Position numbers and translations under genes: made by a program | Shown here: piece after piece, positions 56,078 through 64,000 of the stretch | Numbering within the stretch: the first letter of the stretch is position 1 | How the letters are laid out: every line of letters starts with the position of its first letter | Notes under the pieces: generated by a model | Told to the model about the DNA's origin: nothing | Database searches by the model: none | The model's input: only the letters and a program-made list of their open reading frames with translations | Source of the DNA: Parvularculaceae bacterium | GTDB taxonomy: Bacteria; Pseudomonadota; Alphaproteobacteria; Caulobacterales; Parvularculaceae | DNA length: 64,000 nucleotides | NCBI GenBank assembly: GCA_050331095.1 | Contig: JBHJHE010000022.1 | Span: 84,829 to 148,828 of the forward strand | Direction of reading: 5' to 3'

Positions 56078-56719
56078 ATGCTGAACCTCGACGCCATCCG
56101 ATCCGCCGAGGCGCACGAGAAGCCGTTTCGTTTCCTGAGCGCGACGGGGGCGTTGTCGGCGGCCGACGCGGCCGCCGTGCGCCGCGATTACCCGACGATC
56201 GAGACGGCCGGCTTTTTGCCCTTGTCGAAGCTCGACGCGCGCGGGGCGTTCGCGGCGCTCATCGACGACCTTCAGAGCGACGGCCTCGCCGCGACGCTGG
56301 GGCCGAAGCTTGGCCTCGACCTCGCCGGCAAGCCGCGCATGATCACGGTGCGGCGATTGTCGAAACGCGGCGACGGCCGCATCCATAACGACAGCGCAGC
56401 GAAGATCTGCACCATGCTCATTTATCTGAACGAAACCTGGGACGTCGCCGAAGGCGGCGCGATACGCGCGCTGAACGGCCCGGACGACATGGACGATTAC
56501 GCCCTTGAAGCGCCCCCGACGGCGGGCGCCGTTTTCGCGTTCGCACGTTCGGAGACGAGCTGGCACGGACACCCGCCCTTCGTCGGCGAACGCTACGTCA
56601 TTCAAACGACGTTCCTGACGTCGCAAGAGGAGCTCGCGCGCAAGGAGCAGCGCGGCGGCCTCCAGACGTTCCTTAAGCGGCTCAATCCGTTTGCGGCGTC
56701 AGGCGGGCGACGACGTTGA
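56078..56719 (+). CDS. 2OG-Fe(II) oxygenase superfamily protein
   Basis: Starts 4 nt after the ppk2 stop. GRIHND...SWHGH is compatible with the HxD...H facial triad. LIYLNETW. Confidence 0.6.
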   Translation: MLNLDAIRSAEAHEKPFRFLSATGALSAADAAAVRRDYPTIETAGFLPLSKLDARGAFAALIDDLQSDGLAATLGPKLGLDLAGKPRMITVRRLSKRGDGRIHNDSAAKICTMLIYLNETWDVAEGGAIRALNGPDDMDDYALEAPPTAGAVFAFARSETSWHGHPPFVGERYVIQTTFLTSQEELARKEQRGGLQTFLKRLNPFAASGGRRR

Positions 56720-57527
56720 GCTCGTTTCGGAGCAGGGTTTCGTAGCCGCTGCGCGCAAGCGCGCTTTCGACGTCGTCGCCGGCGTGGCTGATCTCCGCGA
56801 TCACGAAGCGGGGCCGCAGCGCGGCGGGCGCGGCGGCGTAAAACGCGTCGAGAACCGCGCCTTCGCCGCCCTCAATGTCGATCTTCAAGGCGTCGACGCG
56901 CGCGATGCGCGCATCGGCGAGAATGTCCGTAAGCGGCGCGCCCTCGACGGCGCGCGCGCCGTCCGCGGCGACCCGGCTCATGCCGCGGCTCGTCGGGTTC
57001 GGCGCGAAGCGCAAAAGTCCATGCGCGGCGGCGGCGGCCTTCTCCGAAACGCTGACGTCGTCGCCGGCGTCCGACGCGGCGATGTTGAACGCGAGGCGCG
57101 CGCGCATGTCGGGGTCCGGCTCGACGCACAGGGCTCGAAAGCCCCGGCGATGGGCGCGCGCGACGCTGCGCGCGAAGAGCGCGTAAAGGCCGACGTTGGC
57201 TCCAACGTCGACGAAGATGAACGGATCGTTTTTCGACGCCGGGGGCCGGCCGATCGCGTCGGCGAGGAGGGCGCGCTCGTCGGGGTCCCAATGCGCGGGC
57301 GTCAGATAGACGCGCTTCTCGCAAATATTGTCGTACGGATGGAGTCGCGCGCGCGCGCCGCCGAAGACCTCGACGTCGAAGGCGCGTCGCGCTCGTCCGC
57401 CGGCCGGCCCCAGCAACAGCGAGGCGAGCTTCCTGCCGACATAGGTGTAGGGCAAGCGCTGGGCCAGCGCGCGGGCGTAGGCCTGCGCCGGCGTCGGCGC
57501 AAGGGATCCGAAGGGCGGCTCGTTCAA
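56682..57527 (-). CDS. FkbM family methyltransferase
   Basis: TTG 57527 overlaps the upstream TGA (TTGA). Motifs FIFVDVGANVGLYALF and ALKIDIEGGEGAVL. The ORF-track extension to 57926 is a shadow. Confidence 0.8.
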   Translation of the reverse strand: MNEPPFGSLAPTPAQAYARALAQRLPYTYVGRKLASLLLGPAGGRARRAFDVEVFGGARARLHPYDNICEKRVYLTPAHWDPDERALLADAIGRPPASKNDPFIFVDVGANVGLYALFARSVARAHRRGFRALCVEPDPDMRARLAFNIAASDAGDDVSVSEKAAAAAHGLLRFAPNPTSRGMSRVAADGARAVEGAPLTDILADARIARVDALKIDIEGGEGAVLDAFYAAAPAALRPRFVIAEISHAGDDVESALARSGYETLLRNELNVVARLTPQTD

Positions 57528-58300
57528 CGTCTCTCCATCCGGCGGCGCTCGTACATCTTGACGTCGCGCAGCCACCGTCCGTAGCCGGACATCACCGAGA
57601 ACGCGAAACCGTAAACCCCGCCGCGAAAAAGGCCGTCGAGCGCATACCGCTTGAAGACGTAGACGGGAAGGCCGAAAAAAATCCGCAAAACGAGCCAGGT
57701 TGTCGGCTTCGGCTCCAGGAGGCGCGCCCGGGTCGAGGAGTTTTTGTTGACCTTTTCGGTCAGGTGCGCCGCGTCTTCGAAGGCGTAGTGCAGGATCGGG
57801 TTCCTCAGTCGACCAACGCAAACGCCCGCAGGCGGATCGAACTGGTCCCAGGCGTCGTGGTCGGGCTGGCGGACGGCGCGCCGGTCGTAGAGCTTGTGGC
57901 GCACCTGGCCGCCGAAGCCGATCCACGGCGCGCCGATCGGCGGCGCGAACGCCATCGGCGTGCGGTAGACGCGGTGCGGCGGCTCGCCGTCGGCGAACAG
58001 CCCGGCGATTTCGGCGGCGAGGGCCGGGCCGACGATTTCGTCGGCGTCAAGATCAAGCAGCCAGTCGTTGCGGCAGGCGTCCTCGCCGGCGCGCTTCTGG
58101 CGCCCGGAGCCAAGCCAGGGCTGATCGACGACGCGCGCCCCGGCTGCGGCGGCGAGCCGCTTCGTCTCGTCCGTGGAGCCGGAATCGATGACGACGACTT
58201 CGTCCGCCACGACGAGCGCTGCGCGCACCACGTCGGCGATCATACGCGCTTCGTTCCGCGTTCGAACGTAGGCCGAAAGCGGGGCGCGACCGCTCGTCAA
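57524..58300 (-). CDS. Glycosyltransferase family 2
   Basis: LSAYVRTRNEARMI...VVVIDSGSTDET...LLDLDADE. TTG 58300 overlaps the DUF885 TGA (TTGA). The ORF track starts at TTG 58324. Confidence 0.8.
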   Translation of the reverse strand: MTSGRAPLSAYVRTRNEARMIADVVRAALVVADEVVVIDSGSTDETKRLAAAAGARVVDQPWLGSGRQKRAGEDACRNDWLLDLDADEIVGPALAAEIAGLFADGEPPHRVYRTPMAFAPPIGAPWIGFGGQVRHKLYDRRAVRQPDHDAWDQFDPPAGVCVGRLRNPILHYAFEDAAHLTEKVNKNSSTRARLLEPKPTTWLVLRIFFGLPVYVFKRYALDGLFRGGVYGFAFSVMSGYGRWLRDVKMYERRRMERR

Positions 58301-60171
58301 GCCGCCTGGCGCGACGCGATCCAATCGTCGACGTTCTCCTCAAGGACGGCGAGCGGCACCGCGCCGCCGCCGAGGACGGCGTCGTGGAAGCCGCGCACGT
58401 CGAACTTTTCGCCAAGCGCTTCTTCGGCCCGCGCGCGCAGCTCCAAAATCTTCAACATGCCGATCTTATAGGCGGTCGCCTGACCCGGCATGACGACGTA
58501 GCGCTCAATGGCGCGCTCGCAGTCGAGCGCCGGGTTCGGCGTGTTCTCGATCAGGTAGTCGATCGCCTGCTGACGGGTCCACCGCTTCGAGTGGAGCCCG
58601 GTGTCGACGACGAGGCGCGCAGCGCGCCACAGCTCCATCGCAAGACGGCCAAAATCCGAGTAGGGATCTTCATAGAAGCCCATCTCTTTCGGGATGTATT
58701 CAGAGTAAAGCCCCCAGCCTTCGCTGAACGCCGTCACCCCGCCGAAACGCCGGAAGCTCGGCAGGCCTTCGAGCTCCTGGGCGATGGCGATCTGCATGTG
58801 GTGGCCCGGAATGCCCTCGTGATAGGCGAGCGCCACCATCTGATAGATGGGCATTGCGCCCATATCGTAGAGATTGGCGTAGTAGATCCCGGGGCGCGAG
58901 CCGTTGGGCGCCGGACGCTGATAGAACGCTTTGCCGGCGGACTTTTCGCGGAAGGGCGCGACGCGCTTCACGGTGAGCGCGGCCTCGGGCTTCGTGTAGA
59001 AGAGCTCGTCGAGCCGGCCGCGCATCGTGTCGATGAGCGCCGTCGCCTCGGCGAGATACTTTGTTCGCCCTTCGTCCGTGTTGGGATAGGAAAACTTCCC
59101 GTCCGGATCTTCGCGCATGTAGACGAAGAATTCGCCAAGCGACCCGTCGAAGGAGACGGCGTCTTTGATGGCCGTCATCTCCTCGTGAATGCGCGCGACC
59201 TCCGAAAGGCCGAGATCGTGGATCTCGTCTGCGCTCTTGCTCGTCGTCGTGAACCGCTCAAGCTGCACGGCGTAATAGGCCTCGCCGTCGGGCAGCTTCC
59301 AGGCGCCGTCGTCGGCGCTTGCGTCGGCCGCTTGCGCTTCGAACATGGCGATCAGCGCCTCATAGGCGGGTTTGACCGACGACAGCATCGCGGCCTCGGC
59401 GCGGGCGACGAGCGCGTCGCGCGCGTCCTGTTCGATCTCGAGGGCGCCGACTTTCTTCGTGAAGTCGGCGAGCAGCGTCGACGGCGCGCCCTCGTCAAAA
59501 GGCGCGCCGTTGATGACGTTCCGCGCCGTGGCGATCATCTGGGGATACGACCATTTCGGCGGGTTCACGCCGTCGGCGAACTGATTTTCAGCGACCTTCT
59601 GGTTTTGTCCGAGATAGGCTTCGACGCCTTCGAGGCGGCGGATGTAGGCCTCCGCGTCGCTCTCGTCGTCCACGCGGTGCTGGTTGATGAGAAACGCCGG
59701 CACGCCGGAATGGGGGCCGCGGAAGTGGCTGAACCGGTACCAATGATTGCGGTACGGAAAGAATTTTTGCGCTTCGTCGGCGTCGTAGTCGTAGAGCCGG
59801 TAGGAGAGCGCGGCCGTCGGGTCGAGCGCGGCGACGTCGAACCGTTCGCGCATCTCCTCGCGCGCCGCCATTTGCAGCTCATGGCCTTCAATGGCGTAGG
59901 CGTCGCTGGCGTCGTCCCATTTGTCGTAGTTGGTTTTCCGTCCGAGGAACGTTTGCCATTGCGGCGAGCGCGCGACCCGGGCCTCCCACTGCTCTTCGAA
60001 CCAGGCGTTGATCGCCGCCGTCTGGTCCTGCGGGCCGACGCTCGTCGGCGCGTCGACCGACGCGGCGGCGGTCTCCGGGGCGTTGTTTGCGGCGTTATCG
60101 TTCCCGCCGCCGCACGCTGCGAGGAGCGCGCCGGCGGCGGCGCAGGCGAAAAGGCGGTTGGTCTTGGTCAT
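58297..60171 (-). CDS. DUF885 family lipoprotein (metallopeptidase-like HExxH)
   Basis: ATG 60171 gives MTKTNRLFACAAAGALLAAC (lipobox). Contains AYHEGIPGHHMQ. Confidence 0.85.
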   Translation of the reverse strand: MTKTNRLFACAAAGALLAACGGGNDNAANNAPETAAASVDAPTSVGPQDQTAAINAWFEEQWEARVARSPQWQTFLGRKTNYDKWDDASDAYAIEGHELQMAAREEMRERFDVAALDPTAALSYRLYDYDADEAQKFFPYRNHWYRFSHFRGPHSGVPAFLINQHRVDDESDAEAYIRRLEGVEAYLGQNQKVAENQFADGVNPPKWSYPQMIATARNVINGAPFDEGAPSTLLADFTKKVGALEIEQDARDALVARAEAAMLSSVKPAYEALIAMFEAQAADASADDGAWKLPDGEAYYAVQLERFTTTSKSADEIHDLGLSEVARIHEEMTAIKDAVSFDGSLGEFFVYMREDPDGKFSYPNTDEGRTKYLAEATALIDTMRGRLDELFYTKPEAALTVKRVAPFREKSAGKAFYQRPAPNGSRPGIYYANLYDMGAMPIYQMVALAYHEGIPGHHMQIAIAQELEGLPSFRRFGGVTAFSEGWGLYSEYIPKEMGFYEDPYSDFGRLAMELWRAARLVVDTGLHSKRWTRQQAIDYLIENTPNPALDCERAIERYVVMPGQATAYKIGMLKILELRARAEEALGEKFDVRGFHDAVLGGGAVPLAVLEENVDDWIASRQAA

Positions 60172-60256
60172 GTGCGGTCCTTGCAAGCATCGGCGGCGTT
60201 CGCGACGGATAGTCATCGTTAGACGGCCGCAAGCTACGCCGCGACGGGCCGCGCGC

Positions 60257-61690
60257 CTAGTCTAACTCTAAACTGAAGGGCGTCGCCAGCCGGCGATGCT
60301 CGTCGACGACGAGCCGACGGCGCAACGGCGGGTGGGCGCGCGCGGCGCAGGCGGCGCGTTCGCACAGGCGGCAGTTGACGCCGATGGGCGGCGCCGGCGC
60401 CGCCTCAAGGCCGATCTCGCGGGCGTAGACCAGGGGGGCGGCGTCCTCCAGGCGACATCCGAGGGCGACGGCGCGCTCGGCCGCCGGCGCGCCGTGGCCG
60501 ACCGCTTCATGGCGCACCGTGCGCGCGGTCGAGAAGAACGTCGCGCCGTCGGGCAATCGCACGATCTGGGTGAGGACGCGCCGCGGCGCGCGGAACGCCT
60601 CGTGGACGTTCCAGAGCGGGCACGACCCGCCATAACGCGCGAAGGGAAAGAGATCGGCGGAGAAGCGCTTGGAGACGTTGCCCGCCGCGTCGATGCGGAT
60701 GAAGAAGAACGGGACGCCCGCCGCGCCCTCGCGCTTCAGCGTCGCAAGGCGATGGGCGACCTGCTCGAAGCTCGCCGTGAAGCGCCGGGCGATGGCTTCG
60801 AGATCGTAGGCGAGCTCCTGGGCGGCGGCGAGAAACGGGTCGTAGGGCATGAGGATCGCCGCGGCGCCGTAATAGGCGAGCGCCGCCCGGGCGAGGCGGC
60901 GGCCGGCGTCGCCGTCGAACGGCGCGGCGTTGACCGTTTCGTCGAGAAGGCGGCCGTTCTCGATGAGCGTGAGCTGCAGCGCCAGATGGAACGCCCTGCT
61001 CGCCTGGTCGAGGCGTTCGGAGACGGCGAGGTCGCCGGCGTGGCGGTTCAGACGCCGCACCGCGCCGGCCATCACCGCTTCGGGCAGGACGCGCGCCCGC
61101 AAGTCGTGGCGCTCGGCGAAGCGCGCGGCCAGCGCGTCGTAGAGGGCCCCGCCGCCACGCGCGCCGGCGGCGTCGCCGACGAGATCGGCGTGGATGGCTT
61201 CGCCGGCGCGATCGACCGCGTCGAAGTAGTTGCCATGGGCGTGGATGCAGTCGCGCGCCGCCTCCCCCGGGTCGCCGTCCCGCGCGCCGCCGCGCGTCGC
61301 GCGCGCCTCCATCAGCTCCTGCTGGTCGGCCCGCCAGGCGCGGTAGAGTTTCGCCACCGCCTCGGCGAGCGCCGGATTGCCGGCGGCGAGTTCGTGGGCG
61401 TCCTCCCGGGCGACGCCGCTATCTCGAAAGACCGGGTCCGCGAAAGCCTCGGCGAGGCGGGCGAAGAGATCGTCCGCCCGGTCCGACGCGAGGTCGGCGA
61501 CGTCGAGATCATAGGCCCGGGCGAGCTTGACGAGCGCCTCGGCCGACACCGGACGCTGGTTGCGCTCCATCAGGTTCACGTAGGAGGCGGAGACGCCGAT
61601 CTCCGCGGCCATCTCGGCCTGCGTCAATCCGCGATCGCGCCGGACGCGGCGGATTTGCGGTCCGAGATAGAGTTTGCGCTTCGCGGCCAT
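60257..61690 (-). CDS. XRE-family regulator of the RamB/short-chain fatty acyl-CoA regulator type
   Basis: N-terminal [41 protein letters not shown]. Long C-terminal region with a Cys cluster ([23 protein letters not shown]). Divergent from isocitrate lyase. Confidence 0.8.
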   Translation of the reverse strand: MAAKRKLYLGPQIRRVRRDRGLTQAEMAAEIGVSASYVNLMERNQRPVSAEALVKLARAYDLDVADLASDRADDLFARLAEAFADPVFRDSGVAREDAHELAAGNPALAEAVAKLYRAWRADQQELMEARATRGGARDGDPGEAARDCIHAHGNYFDAVDRAGEAIHADLVGDAAGARGGGALYDALAARFAERHDLRARVLPEAVMAGAVRRLNRHAGDLAVSERLDQASRAFHLALQLTLIENGRLLDETVNAAPFDGDAGRRLARAALAYYGAAAILMPYDPFLAAAQELAYDLEAIARRFTASFEQVAHRLATLKREGAAGVPFFFIRIDAAGNVSKRFSADLFPFARYGGSCPLWNVHEAFRAPRRVLTQIVRLPDGATFFSTARTVRHEAVGHGAPAAERAVALGCRLEDAAPLVYAREIGLEAAPAPPIGVNCRLCERAACAARAHPPLRRRLVVDEHRRLATPFSLELD

Positions 61691-61712
61691 TAGGCTCCTG
61701 ATCGCACAAAAA

Positions 61713-61727
61713 TTACAAATTTACAAA
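61713..61727 (+). promoter_or_regulatory. Tandem TTACAAA direct repeat in the ramB-like/aceA divergent promoter region
   Basis: aaaaaTTACAAAtTTACAAAattaac. This is the only AT-rich block of the 160-bp intergenic region. Confidence 0.3.
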
Positions 61728-61850
61728 ATTAACTGTAGTTGTGCTGACAAAAACACCCGCCTTTGCGTGCGCGCAGGCGCGGGGGCGCGCATTCTGACGC
61801 CGGCGCGCGCCGATCGCGCGGAGAGACGAGCCCCAACGGAGGACCCCGCC

Positions 61851-63134
<1,284 letters not shown>

Positions 63135-63166
63135 CACTGCAAAACCGACGCGAACGCAAACGAAGA

Positions 63167-63191
63167 AGCCCCGCACTGGCGGGGCTTTTTT
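63167..63191 (+). terminator. Rho-independent terminator of aceA
   Basis: agccccgc-actg-gcggggct followed by ttttt. Confidence 0.8.
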
Positions 63192-63312
63192 ACGTTCGCG
63201 CGGTCGCGGGCGAGCGTTTACAGGCGTTTTCGCTTGTCGACGGCTGTTGCCGGCGAACGGCGTCGGTGCTTTATTCGCATAATCAATAGGCGCAATTCGG
63301 GGAGAGCGCCGC

Positions 63313-64000
63313 ATGAGCCTTTTTGACTGTTCGTCGATCGCCCGCTTTTCGATGGCCCGGAGCGCGGCGTTGGCCGCTTTGGCGGCGTTCGCGATGGCGG
63401 CTTGTCAGACCACGGGCGCCGGCGTCGCGGGCGAGCCGGGGTCGGGCGCTTTGAGCGACACGGTGAGCGGTCGTCGGGACGCTGCGCCGTTTTTGCGGGG
63501 CACGTCGGTCGTGCCGGTGTCGACGCCGGGCGGCGGCACGCCGGACGAGGCGTTCAACATCGTCTTCCTCGCCGACAGCGACGCCTACAACGGCCTCGCG
63601 ACGGACGCCGACTTTTCACGCTTCGTCGCCGACGTGAACGACGTGGCCGAAAACGGGTTCCGTCAGGTCGAAGGTCTGCGCGTAAACGAAACCCTTTTGC
63701 ATTTCTATGCGCTCAAGGTGCCGGGCCGGGTGACGACCGCGCCGTGCCCGTCGAACCTTGAATTCCCCGAAGACGTCATCGAGCGGGACTCTCTTTTCGC
63801 CGACGCTTTCATCATTCTCCACGACCACGAGACCTCCGAGGTCCGCGATTGCGCCGACACCAACACGCGGTACGCTTCGGCCGGCAAGGGACGTGGGCCG
63901 GACGGCGTTTTGCGGCGCAAGCTCGGCGTCGCCGTCCATGAAGCGATGCACGCCGTTTTCCTGTTGCCGGACGAGTACAGCGGCGGCGGCATGTGGGCCA
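63313..64000 (+). CDS. Putative lipoprotein zinc metallopeptidase (M64-like HExxH...DEY), 3' end outside the window
   Basis: Absent from the ORF track because it runs off the end. My translation gives MSLFDCSSIARFSMARSAALAALAAFAMAAC (lipobox)...NIVFLADSDAYNG...GVAVHEAMHAVFLLPDEYSGGG. Confidence 0.55.
   Translation, partial: MSLFDCSSIARFSMARSAALAALAAFAMAACQTTGAGVAGEPGSGALSDTVSGRRDAAPFLRGTSVVPVSTPGGGTPDEAFNIVFLADSDAYNGLATDADFSRFVADVNDVAENGFRQVEGLRVNETLLHFYALKVPGRVTTAPCPSNLEFPEDVIERDSLFADAFIILHDHETSEVRDCADTNTRYASAGKGRGPDGVLRRKLGVAVHEAMHAVFLLPDEYSGGGMWA

Overview
High-GC alphaproteobacterial chromosomal segment. Markers are GcrA, HslV with an N-terminal pro-segment, PhoR-PhoU-PhoB, and a RamB-like regulator beside isocitrate lyase. 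There are about 60 tightly packed genes, mostly housekeeping. In order: hslV / hisH-hisA-[CYTH-like-CHAD]-hisF-hisE / rimP-nusA-ylxR-infB / sulfotransferase-GT2-CE15-like esterase / DLH-like-trmB / RNase T2 / pckA / an exosortase-EpsI centred polysaccharide cluster at 20.0-28.6 kb (the most accessory-looking part) / MscS, lipoprotein, double-CxxC redoxin, tandem PilZ, two S9 peptidases, DAACS transporter / ffh-rpsP / BCCT transporter, yhhQ, PQQ sugar dehydrogenase / phoR-phoU-phoB / gcrA / ABC-2 permease-hslO-ppk2-2OG oxygenase / DUF885-GT2-FkbM / ramB-like + aceA / a partial M64-like metallopeptidase. I saw no rRNA, tRNA, CRISPR array, transposase, integrase, phage gene or recognisable defence gene, and I cannot honestly point to a clearly new multi-gene system. 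The main observations are these. (1) A 107-bp two-hairpin repeat family occurs at four loci, and its YTAR (CTAG/TTAG/CTAA) ends coincide with the stop codons of five flanking genes. (2) Two conserved genes carry in-frame stops at conserved positions (TAG in hisA, TGA replacing the Trp of the WD..GT motif in a fatty-acid hydroxylase), and the BCCT gene has no canonical start codon. (3) The exosortase-EpsI locus lacks substrate, export and polymerase genes in the window and contains a BY-kinase homologue that has lost its Walker A, Walker B and Tyr cluster. (4) A CYTH-like/CHAD gene is translationally coupled inside the his operon. (5) An intrinsic terminator hairpin sits 5 nt upstream of the rimP Shine-Dalgarno. 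(6) A Tat-signal dienelactone-hydrolase homologue lacks the Cys and His of the catalytic triad. (7) hslO and ppk2 are translationally coupled. The ORF track renders alternative start codons as M, and many of its long Arg/Pro-rich ORFs are GC-driven shadows of real genes. All family calls come from motif recognition by eye; no searches were run.
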